A stretch of DNA of 64,000 nucleotides from Bacteroidales bacterium (GCA_020026355.1 JAHHQP010000005.1:2919-66918); one strand, 5' to 3'. Counted from the stretch's first letter, positions 7,011 to 17,347 are shown. Translations and numbers: made by a program. Notes: generated by a model from the sequence alone, not told the origin.

Positions 7011-9815
7011 TTATTTGCTTGCAGGTTCCATCATCACTTCGATGAAGTTGTTCTGGGCGATGATGTTCTGGAGTACGGTCTTCACATCTTCAGCAGTAAC
7101 GGAGAGGAGAGCAGCCTCGTATTCCTTGTCACGGTCGATGCCGAATTTCTGGAAATACTTAAGGTTATTCATCCAGTAGGCGTTGCTGATTCTGTTCTCC
7201 GGGATGTTCTTCTTCAGGTTACCGATGGCTTTGTCCATCTCTTCCTGGGTCGGACCGTTCGCGGCAAGGCCATGCAGACCGTCGACAGCCAGTTCACGGA
7301 GCTGTTCTGCCTTATCCGGGTTCGTATCGAAGTTGACCTGAAGCAGCATCATTTCTTTCGGAGTCTTGGAAATCTCTACCCATACACCAGCACCGTAGGT
7401 ACCGCCAACTTCCTCACGGAGAGTCTTGGTATAGATCATGTCCAGGATGTATTTAGCGACATCCAGAGAAGCCTGTGTCTTCTGGTCTACCGGTGCGTAA
7501 GCAGTGTAGAGCTGGAGGACAGTAGTCTTCGGAGTCTCCATTTCCTGTTTGTAGTGGTTGATGACGAGGCCTTTCACGATTTCAGGGTTGCGCTCTTCGG
7601 ATCTGAGCTCTTTGCCCTTAGCGATGGAACCGAGGTATTTGGCTACCATCGGTTTCAGGGTCTCGATGTCGACGTTACCGATGATGATGGCAGTAGCACC
7701 CTTCGCGTTGTTGAAGAGTCTGCGGTAATTCTTCTCGATGACTTTGAGGTCAGCGGCTTCTACCACTTCCTTGGAAATGAATGGAAGTCTGTCGGTCTTA
7801 CCGTACAGGGATTTCTGCATTTCCTGCTGGAATTTGAAGCCTGGCTGGTTCTCGATGTTCGGAAGCACGGCCTTGATCTGCTGGATACCGGCTTCGAATT
7901 CATTCTCATCGAATCTCGGATCTGCGAAATAGAGGTACATGACCTGGAGAGCGGTCTCCAGATCCTTCGGTGTACTGTAGGCCTGGATGCCGTGCTCACG
8001 TCCGCCGATGAACGGGCTGACGCTGATGTTCTTGCCGGCGATCATCTTGCTCAGAGTCGTCTTCGGGAACTTGGACAGGCCGGAGTTGCCGAGGTAGACG
8101 TTCCAGATATTGTCTTCGAAGGAAGGAAGATCCTCAGTAGCGATGAGGTTCTTACCGCCTTTCTTGTACAGGCTGATGCGGACTTCGTCTTTCTCGAATT
8201 CAGTAGGGAGGACGATCACCTTGAGTCCGTTGGAAAGGGTCCATTCGTAACTGTCGTAGAGTCCTCTCTTCTGTGATTTCACTTTCGCACCTTTCAGGCT
8301 GCTGGCGTCGAGGAGCGGTTCGTTGATGGCGATTTCCTTGTTGGCCTCGATCTCGGCATCCTTAACTTCTGCAAGGATGTTGGTCAAGGTTGCAGCTTCC
8401 GGACTAGCCAGACCTTCTTTTTCAGGGCCGTTGAAGATGACGATCATGTTCTCGTCTGTGATGACCTGTGCAGCCATCTGATTGAGGATGGCGGCATTCA
8501 TCTGAGCGGAAATGGCAGTAGCGAGCTGGAGTTCCATCTGCGGATCGAGGAAAGATTCATTGTCATAGAAGTTATGGAGAAGTTCCGGGATGAAGTCAGC
8601 ATTCTGACGGGTCTCGGCAGATTTCACTCCGCTTTCCAGGGTGTTGAGGATGATCTCTTTCGCTCTGGAAATCTCGCCTTCCGTGAAACCGTATCTCTTC
8701 ATCTTCTCGATTTCAAGCATGAAAGCCTTGAAAGCTTCTTCTGCATGACCATCCTTGAAGCTTACGTCAGCCATGGCCGCATCGCAAGTCTCGCAGAGAT
8801 TGCTGATCATGAAGTCACCGCTCAGGAACGGTGCGTTCGGCTGGGCCGTGATGTCGGAGAAGCGCTCCCTCATGATGAGGTGGATGTAAGTCTTGGCCAG
8901 GCCGAGCATATAAGCGACATCTGTGTTGTTGTATTCCTCCGGAAGCGGCTCACCTTTCCACATGACGCTGATGTTGGATCTGCCGGCTTCAGGGTCAGTG
9001 AAGATACCTACGAGCGGCTCCTTGTTCTCAGGAAGCTGGTACATCTTCTTGGTCGTCGGAACTGCCGGGGCAGGGATGTCGGCGAAGGTCTTCCGGATCT
9101 TCTGCTCGACAGCATCCACGTCCACGTCACCGACAACGATGACAGCCTGCATGTCCGGATGATACCAGGTGTGGTAGAAGTCAGTCAAATGTTTGTATTC
9201 GAAGGTCTTGAGCTGCTCTTCGCTGCCGATGAGCGTACGTTTGGCGTAAGGAGTGTCTCCGTAGAAGTAAGGGAGGCTCTTCTCGAACATTCTCCAGTTC
9301 GCGTCTCTTCTGGTTCTTCTCTCCTCAAGGATCACACCTCTTTCGGCATCGATCTCTTCCGGATCGCAAGTGACGAAATGAGAGTAGTCGTGGAGGATGA
9401 GCAGGCAGGAGTCAATGATGCCTTCACGCACGATCGGAATGTTGTTCAGCATATACTGAGTCTCTTCGAAACCGGTGGAAGCATTGATGTTTCTACCGAA
9501 TTCGGCTCCGATGCTCTGCAGGTATTCCAGCAGTGCCTTGCCTGGGAAATTCTTCGTTCCGTTGAAGCACATATGCTCGAGGAAGTGTGCGAGACCGTCC
9601 TGCTCATCCGTTTCCTGGAAAGCACCGACATTGGTTGCCAGATAGAACTCGGCACGTTGCGCCGGTTTGTCGTTGTGCCGGATGTAGTAGGTCAATCCGT
9701 TCTCCAGTTTTCCGACTTTGACGGCTGGATCGTTCGGCAGCGGATTCGGACCCTGGGCAAAGACGCTTACGGCAGTCGTGACGATCGCTGCGATTAAAAT
9801 TAAAATTCGTTTCAT
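7011..9815 (-). CDS. M16 family zinc metallopeptidase (insulinase-like, two-lobed, secreted)
   Basis: 934 aa with a signal peptide and the inverted zinc motif HFLEHMCFNGT (HxxEH). Confidence 0.9.
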   Translation of the reverse strand: MKRILILIAAIVTTAVSVFAQGPNPLPNDPAVKVGKLENGLTYYIRHNDKPAQRAEFYLATNVGAFQETDEQDGLAHFLEHMCFNGTKNFPGKALLEYLQSIGAEFGRNINASTGFEETQYMLNNIPIVREGIIDSCLLILHDYSHFVTCDPEEIDAERGVILEERRTRRDANWRMFEKSLPYFYGDTPYAKRTLIGSEEQLKTFEYKHLTDFYHTWYHPDMQAVIVVGDVDVDAVEQKIRKTFADIPAPAVPTTKKMYQLPENKEPLVGIFTDPEAGRSNISVMWKGEPLPEEYNNTDVAYMLGLAKTYIHLIMRERFSDITAQPNAPFLSGDFMISNLCETCDAAMADVSFKDGHAEEAFKAFMLEIEKMKRYGFTEGEISRAKEIILNTLESGVKSAETRQNADFIPELLHNFYDNESFLDPQMELQLATAISAQMNAAILNQMAAQVITDENMIVIFNGPEKEGLASPEAATLTNILAEVKDAEIEANKEIAINEPLLDASSLKGAKVKSQKRGLYDSYEWTLSNGLKVIVLPTEFEKDEVRISLYKKGGKNLIATEDLPSFEDNIWNVYLGNSGLSKFPKTTLSKMIAGKNISVSPFIGGREHGIQAYSTPKDLETALQVMYLYFADPRFDENEFEAGIQQIKAVLPNIENQPGFKFQQEMQKSLYGKTDRLPFISKEVVEAADLKVIEKNYRRLFNNAKGATAIIIGNVDIETLKPMVAKYLGSIAKGKELRSEERNPEIVKGLVINHYKQEMETPKTTVLQLYTAYAPVDQKTQASLDVAKYILDMIYTKTLREEVGGTYGAGVWVEISKTPKEMMLLQVNFDTNPDKAEQLRELAVDGLHGLAANGPTQEEMDKAIGNLKKNIPENRISNAYWMNNLKYFQKFGIDRDKEYEAALLSVTAEDVKTVLQNIIAQNNFIEVMMEPASK

Positions 9816-9926
9816 CTTACATATAATTAAGTATTGATTTAAGCATAATCTCTACAAAGATATGTTTTTATCTGCTATAGTCAGCCATTTTTATTAACTT
9901 TGTTCTTGCCCAAAATTCCTCCAGTC

Positions 9927-10763
9927 ATGTTAGAAGATTTCCGTTTGAAGGTATTTGAAGCGGTCGTTGAGACCGGAAGTTTCACCAAAGCAGCGCTTCT
10001 GCTGAATGTCAGCCAGCCGGCCGTCAGTCAGAATGTCGCTGAACTGGAACGTATCACCGGCTATCCGCTCTTTGAACGGTCCTACGGCAAGGTCAGCCTG
10101 ACTCCGGAGGGATTGACTTTCAAATCCTATGCCGACAAGATCCTGATGTGGTATCGTGCCGCGGGGGAGACTTTCCACAAGGGAGCCCTCCTTCCTCGCA
10201 GTGTCTCCGTAGGGGTCATGGATGATGTCTCGACCAGCATTGCCGCCAGGCTGCTTTCTGGCCTTTCTTCGTTCTACCGGGATCTGTCCTTTGAAGTCGG
10301 TCCTTGTTCGGAGAACGATGATCTCCGCTTCGTGACGGTGTCCGATACCCTATCCCAGGCCAATGAACCTTCGGTAGAGATCCGTCCGGCGCTGATCTGC
10401 GCTGCGGGAGAAATCGGAACCCTGGGACTCCTGTCCACGTCGGAGGAATTTTTGGCGGCCGATGTCCGGATAGCCCTCTGGAGCGGCTATCCTTTTGAAT
10501 TGCCACTGGAACTCCAGCCGTTGGTCCGTCTCCGCACTTCATCTTTCTCATTGCTCCAAGCTTTCCTGCACTCCGGCTCTCGTGCAGTCGTGCTGTTGCC
10601 GATGCCGGCGGCCAGCGATCTGCTCGCTTCCCGTGCTGCCGTTCTGCTGCCTTTGTCCGGAATCGGAAATCCGGAACTCCGTCTGCAGGTGAGGGTCGAG
10701 GCTTCTCCTGTCTTCCTCACGACCCCTTTGTGGCCTCTGGTCAATGATCTGATGAAATTCTGA
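9927..10763 (+). CDS. LysR family transcriptional regulator
   Basis: The N-terminal HTH is MLEDFRLKVFEAVVETGSFTKAALLLNVSQPAVSQNVAELE. The track start at 9900 is a TTG, so the ATG at 9927 is preferred. Confidence 0.8.
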   Translation: MLEDFRLKVFEAVVETGSFTKAALLLNVSQPAVSQNVAELERITGYPLFERSYGKVSLTPEGLTFKSYADKILMWYRAAGETFHKGALLPRSVSVGVMDDVSTSIAARLLSGLSSFYRDLSFEVGPCSENDDLRFVTVSDTLSQANEPSVEIRPALICAAGEIGTLGLLSTSEEFLAADVRIALWSGYPFELPLELQPLVRLRTSSFSLLQAFLHSGSRAVVLLPMPAASDLLASRAAVLLPLSGIGNPELRLQVRVEASPVFLTTPLWPLVNDLMKF

Positions 10764-10780
10764 CGGAGAATCCCCGGAAT

Positions 10781-10860
10781 GCTGCACAGCATCTGAAATG
10801 CTGTGCAGCAACCTTCGCATATAAAGAAAGACACCGGACCAGCGTTGAACTGATCCGGTG
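10781..10860. terminator. Two hairpins between convergent LysR and nifJ
   Basis: Perfect 12-bp stem GCTGCACAGCAT/ATGCTGTGCAGC (10781-10809). CACCGGA...TCCGGTG (10832-10860) is followed by a T-rich run on the minus strand. Confidence 0.6.
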
Positions 10861-10894
10861 AATTTCTTATAGAGGACGTCTTGCGACGTTTCTG

Positions 10895-13800
10895 CTATTT
10901 GCCAGCAAGTCTCTTGTAAGTGTCGAGACGAAGCTTAGCGAACTCTTCCGTCTTCTGGAGAAGCTCTTCAGCTCTGTCAGGGAACATCTTGTAAAGAGAA
11001 GCGAAGCGGACCTCACCCTTGAGGAAGTCCTGGAACTTGCTCCAGTCCGGCTCCTTGCTATCGAGCGTGAACGGATTCTTACCAGCCTCTTCCAATGCAG
11101 GATTATACCTGTAAAGGTGCCAGTAACCGCACTCTACTGCAAGTTTTTCCTCTTTCTGGCTCAGACCCATGCCGGCTTTCAGACCGTGGTTGATACATGG
11201 AGCATAGCAGATGATGAGGGATGGACCGTCGTAAGCCTCAGCTTCCTTGATCGCGTTGAAGTACTGTACTGGAGATGCGCCCATTGCAACCTGTGCAACG
11301 TATACATAACCGTAGCTCATCGCCATCATACCGAGGTCTTTCTTACGGATCTTCTTGCCTGAAGCGGCGAATTTGGCGATAGCGCCTGCAGGAGTAGCCT
11401 TAGAAGACTGTCCGCCGGTATTTGAGTAAACCTCTGTATCGAGAACGACGACGTTTACATTCTCACCAGAAGCGAGGACGTGATCCAATCCGCCGTATCC
11501 GATATCGTATGACCAGCCATCACCACCGAAGATCCACTGGCTGCGGGCAACGATGAACGGTTTGTACTCGAGAAGCTTCTTAGCGATCTCGCAGTTGCTT
11601 TCCTCAAGCATAGGAACGAGAGCGTCTTCTACCTCACGGGTATTCTGACCGTCATTCTTGTTCTCCAGCCATTTCGTGAACTGCTCCTTCATGGCATCTG
11701 TGCACTCAGCGCATGCGAGACCTTCTTCCATGAGTCTGGCAACAGTCGCACGGGCTCTGTCAGATCCGAGTTTCATGCCGAGACCGAACTCAGCGTTATC
11801 CTCGAACAGGGAGTTTGCCCATGCCGGACCGTGACCTTCTGCATTCTGGCAGTAAGGAGATGCCGGATAAGATGCACCGTAGATAGAAGAACATCCTGTA
11901 GCGTTGGCTACCATCATGTGGTCACCGAAGAGCTGAGTGATGGTCTTCAGGTATGGAGTCTCACCGCAACCGGCACAAGCTCCGGAGAACTCGAAGAGCG
12001 GCTGTGAGAACTGAGCGTTCTTGAGGTTCTGTTTCTTGTTCGCAACGGTGTCCTTGTAACCTACATTGTGGTGGAGATAGTCGAACTCTGCCTGCTTGTC
12101 GATCTGAGAGTCAAGCGGCATCATGACGAGAGCTTTCTCCTTTGCAGGGCAGACATCCACACAGTTTCCGCAACCTGTACAGTCCATGACGGAAACGGAC
12201 ATCGCGAATTTATACTCTTTGAATACGGCCTTTCCCTGAGCGGTCTTGAGACCTGCAGGAGCGTTGGCTGCTTCCTCGTCTGTGAGGAGGAATGGACGGA
12301 TAGCTGCGTGAGGGCAGACAAATGCACAGTTGTTGCACTGGATACAGTTGTCAGCGTTCCACTCTGGAACCTTCACGGCAACGCCACGTTTCTCGAACTG
12401 GGTAGTACCAGCCGGGATGAAACCGTCTACATAGTCGTTGAATGCGCTTACAGGGAGTGTATCACCGCACTGAGCGTTGATTACATCAGCGATATCCTTC
12501 ACGAATGCAGGAGCAAGCCTATCCTTGTTCGGGTTCTCGAAGGTAGCTGTGATGTTCTTCCAGTCGGCAGGAATCTCGACCTTGGTGTATTCTCCACCTC
12601 TGTCGACTGCTGCGTAGTTCATGTTGACGACATGTTCACCCTTCTTGCCGTAGGATTTCACAATAGCCTGTTTCATGTAGGTCACTGCATCCTCGTAAGG
12701 GATGATGCCGGAAATCTTGAAGAATGCAGACTGGAGGATGGTGTTGGTCCTTCCGCCGAGTCCGATCTCTGCGGCGATCTTCGTAGCGTTGATGATATAG
12801 AGGGAAATGTTCTTCTTGCCGATAGTGGCCTTGACATTGTCTGGAATTCTCTTGAGGGTCTCTTCCTCGTCCCAAAGGCTGTTCAGAAGGAGGGTACCGT
12901 TCTGCTTGATACCTTTCAATACATCGTATTTGTGGAGGTAGGAAGGAACATGGCAGGCGACGAAGTCAGGAGTTGAAACAAGGTAAGGTGCCTTGATCGG
13001 AGAATCACCGAATCTCAGGTGAGAGCAGGTGTATCCGCCTGATTTCTTGGAGTCGTAGTCGAAGTAACCCTGGCAGTATTTGGAGGTATGGTTACCGATG
13101 ATCTTGATGGTGTTCTTGTTCGCGCCGACCGTACCATCGGAACCGAGACCGTAGAATTTACATTCAGTGGTACCTGGCTTGACGATGGAGATCTCCTCTT
13201 TCATAGGAAGTGATCTGAAGGTGACGTCATCGACGATGCCGATGGTGAAGTCGTCCTTCGGCTCAGCAGCCTCGAGGTTCTCGTATACAGATACGATGTG
13301 TGCCGGAGTGGTATCCTTGGAAGCCAGACCGTAACGTCCACCGATGATGAGCGGAGCGTTCTCTACGTTGGCGAATACTGATTTGACATCGAGAAGAAGC
13401 GGCTCGCCGATTGAACCTGGCTCTTTCGTCCTGTCGAGGACAGCGATTCTCTTCACTGAAGCAGGGAGCGCTTTCATGAAGTATTTAGCTGAGAACGGTC
13501 TGTACAGACGTACGATCATCAAGCCGACTTTCTTGCCCTGAGCCTCAAGGTAATCGATGGTTTCCTTGATCGTCTCGGTCGCAGATCCCATGCAGACGAT
13601 GATGTTCTCTGCTTCCGGATCACCGTAGTAGTCGAACGGACGGTACTCACGGCCAGTCAGCTCGCTGATCTCGCCCATATATCTGGCAACGATGTCCGGA
13701 ACTGCTTCGTAGTAAGCGTTGCAAGCCTCACGTGCCTGGAAGAAGACATCGGAGTTCTGTGCGGTACCGCGTGTGACCGGAGAGTCTGGAGACAATGCTC

Positions 13801-14422
13801 TCTCTCTGAATCTGGCAAGAGATTTCCAGCTGATCATCTTCTTCAGTTCTTCTTCATCGAAGAGCTCGATTTTCTGGATTTCATGAGAAGTACGGAATCC
13901 GTCGAAGAAGTGAAGGAAAGGAATGCTTGATTTCAATGCTGAAAGGTGGGCGACAGCGGCCATGTCGAGCGCTTCCTGCACGGAAGCGGAAGCCAGCATC
14001 GCGAAACCGGTCTGGCGGCAAGCCATGACGTCAGAGTGGTCACCGAAGATTGAAAGAGAGTGTGATGCGAGACAACGTGCAGAAACATGGAAGACGGTCG
14101 GGAGCATTTCACCGGCGATCTTGTACATGTTAGGAATCATGAGGAGAAGACCCTGTGATGCTGTGAAGGTGGTGGTCAGCGCACCGGCCATCAATGATCC
14201 GTGGACTGCACCGGATGCACCGCCTTCGCTCTGCATCTCAGTGACTTTCACTACTTCTCCAAAGAGATTCTTCTTGCCCTGCGCTGCCCATTCGTCAACC
14301 AGTTCTGCCATGGTTGAAGACGGCGTGATAGGGTAGATAGCAGCATGCTCACTGAAAAGGTAAGCGATGTGTGCGGCTGCGTAGTTACCGTCGCAAGTGA
14401 TGAATTTTTTTTCGTTTGCCAT
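10895..14422 (-). CDS. nifJ: Pyruvate:ferredoxin (flavodoxin) oxidoreductase
   Basis: 1175 aa. The N-terminus is CDGNYAAAHIAYLFSEHAAIYPITPSS. Two ferredoxin-type Cys clusters are present (CIQCNNCAFVCPHA, CTGCGNCVDVCP), along with a TPP region GGDGWSYDIGYGG. Confidence 0.95.
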   Translation of the reverse strand: MANEKKFITCDGNYAAAHIAYLFSEHAAIYPITPSSTMAELVDEWAAQGKKNLFGEVVKVTEMQSEGGASGAVHGSLMAGALTTTFTASQGLLLMIPNMYKIAGEMLPTVFHVSARCLASHSLSIFGDHSDVMACRQTGFAMLASASVQEALDMAAVAHLSALKSSIPFLHFFDGFRTSHEIQKIELFDEEELKKMISWKSLARFRERALSPDSPVTRGTAQNSDVFFQAREACNAYYEAVPDIVARYMGEISELTGREYRPFDYYGDPEAENIIVCMGSATETIKETIDYLEAQGKKVGLMIVRLYRPFSAKYFMKALPASVKRIAVLDRTKEPGSIGEPLLLDVKSVFANVENAPLIIGGRYGLASKDTTPAHIVSVYENLEAAEPKDDFTIGIVDDVTFRSLPMKEEISIVKPGTTECKFYGLGSDGTVGANKNTIKIIGNHTSKYCQGYFDYDSKKSGGYTCSHLRFGDSPIKAPYLVSTPDFVACHVPSYLHKYDVLKGIKQNGTLLLNSLWDEEETLKRIPDNVKATIGKKNISLYIINATKIAAEIGLGGRTNTILQSAFFKISGIIPYEDAVTYMKQAIVKSYGKKGEHVVNMNYAAVDRGGEYTKVEIPADWKNITATFENPNKDRLAPAFVKDIADVINAQCGDTLPVSAFNDYVDGFIPAGTTQFEKRGVAVKVPEWNADNCIQCNNCAFVCPHAAIRPFLLTDEEAANAPAGLKTAQGKAVFKEYKFAMSVSVMDCTGCGNCVDVCPAKEKALVMMPLDSQIDKQAEFDYLHHNVGYKDTVANKKQNLKNAQFSQPLFEFSGACAGCGETPYLKTITQLFGDHMMVANATGCSSIYGASYPASPYCQNAEGHGPAWANSLFEDNAEFGLGMKLGSDRARATVARLMEEGLACAECTDAMKEQFTKWLENKNDGQNTREVEDALVPMLEESNCEIAKKLLEYKPFIVARSQWIFGGDGWSYDIGYGGLDHVLASGENVNVVVLDTEVYSNTGGQSSKATPAGAIAKFAASGKKIRKKDLGMMAMSYGYVYVAQVAMGASPVQYFNAIKEAEAYDGPSLIICYAPCINHGLKAGMGLSQKEEKLAVECGYWHLYRYNPALEEAGKNPFTLDSKEPDWSKFQDFLKGEVRFASLYKMFPDRAEELLQKTEEFAKLRLDTYKRLAGK

Positions 14423-14458
14423 AATGAAGTTATGTTAATGTATTCTTTTTATGCTGAA

Positions 14459-14496
14459 TGCACATTCCGTGTACGAACACGGAATGTGCAAAAATA
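14459..14496 (-). promoter_or_regulatory. Putative nifJ promoter (-7 box TATTTTTG, complement of 14489-14496) overlapping a perfect 14-bp palindrome
   Basis: TGCACATTCCGTGT acga ACACGGAATGTGCA (14459-14490). The -7 box is read on the minus strand. Confidence 0.45.
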
Positions 14497-14505
14497 CGCT
14501 TATTT

Positions 14506-15390
14506 TTAAATTTCTGCAAGACTTTTTACACAAACTGAGGCTCCGGCAATCTTTTTAATAAGCCCTTGGAGTACAGTGCCTGGACCGAGTTCTGTAAAAT
14601 CGTCTGCACCGGCGGCGATCATGTTCTTGACACTCTGTGTCCATCTGACCGGAGAAGTCAGCTGAGCCAGCAGGTTGGCCTTGATGGTTTCCGGGTCTGT
14701 CGACGCTTCAGCAGTGACATTCTGCCAGATCGGGCACAGGGGAGCATGGAAGCTGACGGTCTCGATACCGGCGGCAAGTTCCTGTCGTGCCGGCTCCATG
14801 AGCGGGGAGTGGAAGGCTCCGCCGACCTGGAGAACGATGGCACGTCTCGCTCCTGCGGCAGTCATCTTCTCACAAGCTTCTGCGATGGCTTCATTTTCAC
14901 CGGAGATCACGATCTGTCCATCGCTGTTGTAGTTCGCCGGAACCACGATGCCCTGGATGCCGGCACAGATCTCTTCGATCTTTTCCTGCGGGAGGTTGAT
15001 GATCGCAGCCATGCCGGATGGCTTCAGTTCGCATGCTTTCTGCATGGCCTGGGCACGGATGGCGACCAGCTTGAGCGCTTCTTCGAAATTCAGCGCTCCT
15101 GCGGCGGCCAATGCGGAGAATTCTCCTAAGGAATGTCCGGCGACCATGTCCGGATGGAAGTCGGGAAGACATTTGGCCAGTACGGTGGAGTGCAGGAAGA
15201 CGGCCGGTTGTGTAACCTTCGTCTGCTTCAGTTCATCCGGCGTTCCTTTGAACATGATGTCCGTGATGCGGAATCCGAGGATTTCGTTTGCCTGCTCGAG
15301 CAGCTCCTTCGCTGTCGGATTGTTCTCATAGAGGCTCTGCGCCATTCCTGGGAATTGGGCGCCTTGCCCTGGAAATACATAAGCTTTCAT
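14506..15390 (-). CDS. fabD: Malonyl CoA-ACP transacylase
   Basis: MKAYVFPGQGAQFPGM..., active site GHSLGEFSALAAAG, 294 aa. Confidence 0.95.
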   Translation of the reverse strand: MKAYVFPGQGAQFPGMAQSLYENNPTAKELLEQANEILGFRITDIMFKGTPDELKQTKVTQPAVFLHSTVLAKCLPDFHPDMVAGHSLGEFSALAAAGALNFEEALKLVAIRAQAMQKACELKPSGMAAIINLPQEKIEEICAGIQGIVVPANYNSDGQIVISGENEAIAEACEKMTAAGARRAIVLQVGGAFHSPLMEPARQELAAGIETVSFHAPLCPIWQNVTAEASTDPETIKANLLAQLTSPVRWTQSVKNMIAAGADDFTELGPGTVLQGLIKKIAGASVCVKSLAEI

Positions 15391-15508
15391 ATTTTTTTTG
15401 TATTTACTATTTTATTGTGCTGTAAGGTAATACATGCTGTTATTGGGCGAGTCTCCCGCACAAATGATACCAAAAACACAAAAATAGTAATTTTTCACAA
15501 AAAAGTTG

Positions 15509-15516
15509 TATATTTG
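15509..15516 (+). promoter_or_regulatory. -7 promoter box TATATTTG for tRNA-Arg
   Basis: Same 23-nt block AAAAAGTTGTATATTTGCAATCC as upstream of tRNA-Ser. Confidence 0.6.
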
Positions 15517-15528
15517 CAATCCCAAAGG

Positions 15529-15600
15529 GCCCCCATAGTTTAATGGATAGAATTACAGATTCCGGTTCTGTCGGTTGCGGTTCGATTCCGCATGGGGGTA
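15529..15600 (+). tRNA. tRNA-Arg (anticodon CCG)
   Basis: Acceptor GCCCCCA/TGGGGGT, anticodon stem-loop ACAGA TTCCGGT TCTGT, T-arm TGCGGTTCGATTCCGCA. Confidence 0.85.
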
Positions 15601-15604
15601 CAAA

Positions 15605-15636
15605 AAATAGGAGATGCTGCTGCATCTCCTATTTTT
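15605..15636 (+). terminator. Rho-independent terminator after tRNA-Arg
   Basis: AAATAGGAGATGC tgct GCATCTCCTATTT followed by Ts. Confidence 0.65.
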
Positions 15637-15660
15637 CGTACCGGTCGCGTCAGGCAGCCG

Positions 15661-16446
15661 TTATTTGTTCATCGCTTCCTTGAAGAAACGGTAGGAAGAG
15701 ACTTTCAGTTCTGAAACGGAAGCCTCGTCGCAGACTAGAATGCCGTTCTTGTGAGTCTGAAGTGAGGTGACTGGCCACAGCTGGGAGATACCTCCTTCTA
15801 CGGCCTGTTTCACAGCGGCTGCTTTCTTGCTGCCGAGAGCAAGGATGATCACTTCTTTTGCGCTGAGTACGGTAGCGATACCTACTGTAAGCGCTTTCTT
15901 AGGTACCAGGTTGATGTCGTTGTCGAAGAATCTGGAGTTGACGCTGATCGTGTCGTCAGTCAGGGCTACGACGTGTGTTCTTGCCTCGAATGAGGTGAAA
16001 GGCTCGTTGAAGGCGAGATGGCCGTTTTCGCCGACACCGCCCAGGAAGAGGTCGATTCCACCTGCTGCGAGGATACGCTCTTCATATTCACGGCATTCTT
16101 TCTCCGGATCTTCAGCGTTTCCGTTGAGGATGTTGATGTTCTCCGGTTTGATGTCGATATGGTCGAAGAGGTTGTGTTTCATGAAAGAGTGGTAGCTCTC
16201 AGGATGTTCCTCCGGAAGGTGATAGTATTCGTCCATGTTGAAGGTGATCACGTTCTGGAAAGAAACTTTACCTTCCTTGTTGAGGCGGACAAGCTCTCTG
16301 TAAGTGGAGATCGGTGTGGAACCTGTAGGAAGACCCAATACGAAAGGTCTGTCGCTCTGGGCCTGGTGCTCCAGGATTCTTGAAACGATGTAGCGTGCAG
16401 TCCAGATGCCTGCATTCTCGTTGGTGTCGTGAATTAAAACTCTCAT
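15661..16446 (-). CDS. nagB: Glucosamine-6-phosphate deaminase
   Basis: 261 aa with FVLGLPTGSTP, FNMDEY and GGVGENGHLAFNEP motifs. Confidence 0.9.
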   Translation of the reverse strand: MRVLIHDTNENAGIWTARYIVSRILEHQAQSDRPFVLGLPTGSTPISTYRELVRLNKEGKVSFQNVITFNMDEYYHLPEEHPESYHSFMKHNLFDHIDIKPENINILNGNAEDPEKECREYEERILAAGGIDLFLGGVGENGHLAFNEPFTSFEARTHVVALTDDTISVNSRFFDNDINLVPKKALTVGIATVLSAKEVIILALGSKKAAAVKQAVEGGISQLWPVTSLQTHKNGILVCDEASVSELKVSSYRFFKEAMNK

Positions 16447-16523
16447 GTTCTTGTATATAATCTGTTGTACAATTCTACAAATTTAACATTTTTATTTGTA
16501 AGTCATTGTAAATGGCAGATAAA

Positions 16524-16553
16524 AAAGGTATCCATCGCCTGATGGATACCTTT
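16524..16553 (-). terminator. Terminator downstream of the peroxiredoxin gene
   Basis: AAAGGTATCCATC gcct GATGGATACCTTT, with a T-run on the minus strand. Confidence 0.6.
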
Positions 16554-16578
16554 ATATAGTGAGAACTTTCGTGCCGGG

Positions 16579-17286
16579 TCATTTCCCGAGGGAAGCTTCC
16601 ACTTCTTCCTTGCTGAGCTCCTTCGTGCAGAAGAACCAGTCGTAACATTTCAGCTGGCCGGAAGTGTCGGATACGCGCTCCTGAGCGACGCCGCAGGAAC
16701 CTGCCGGTGGTACGATGACTTCTTCGCCTGGTCTCCAGTCTGCCGGAAGGGCCACTCCGAAGTTGTCGCCGGTCTGCAGGCCGATGAGAACCCTCTTGAT
16801 CTCATCGAAGTTGCGGCCGAGAGAGGCCGGGTAGTACATGATGGTCCTGATGATACCCTGCGGGTCAATGAAGAAGACTGCACGAACGGCTTTCGTCTCA
16901 TTGTCACCTGGCTGGATCATGCCGTATCTGTGGGCGATGTCCATCTTGATGTCCTCGATGAGCGGGAATCTCACTTCCACATTCTTCATGCCTTTGTAGT
17001 CGATCTTTTCTTTGATGGTGCGGAGCCAAGCGATGTGGCTGAACAGACCGTCCACGGAGAGACCTACGAGCTGGCAGTTGAGGGCCTCGAAATCTTCGGC
17101 CATAGACCCGAAAGCCATGAACTCTGTGGTACATACCGGTGTGAAATCAGCAGGATGGCTGAAGAAGATGATCCATTTTCCCTTGAAATCAGACGGGAAA
17201 CTGATGTTGCCTTGGGTAGTGATGGCTTCGAATGCCGGGGCTTTGTCGCCGATGCGAGGCATCGGATAGCTATTGATATTTTCCAT
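16579..17286 (-). CDS. Peroxiredoxin (Prx6/1-Cys-like AhpC/TSA family)
   Basis: IGDKAPAFEA...WIIFFSHPADFTPVCTTEF, 235 aa. Confidence 0.9.
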   Translation of the reverse strand: MENINSYPMPRIGDKAPAFEAITTQGNISFPSDFKGKWIIFFSHPADFTPVCTTEFMAFGSMAEDFEALNCQLVGLSVDGLFSHIAWLRTIKEKIDYKGMKNVEVRFPLIEDIKMDIAHRYGMIQPGDNETKAVRAVFFIDPQGIIRTIMYYPASLGRNFDEIKRVLIGLQTGDNFGVALPADWRPGEEVIVPPAGSCGVAQERVSDTSGQLKCYDWFFCTKELSKEEVEASLGK

Positions 17287-17347
17287 GATTCTATAATTTT
17301 AATGATTCGTGATTTGCAATATCGGGATTCCGGATATATCGATCCGT

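Noticed and set aside
6873-9797. Plus-strand ORFs 6873..8276 (467 aa) and 8574..9797 (407 aa)
   Set aside because: They are antisense to the M16 peptidase gene (HxxEH motif on the minus strand). The translated sequences are low-complexity and motif-free.
12068-12976. 302-aa plus-strand ORF inside nifJ
   Set aside because: It is antisense to the PFOR gene, which is unambiguous on the minus strand.
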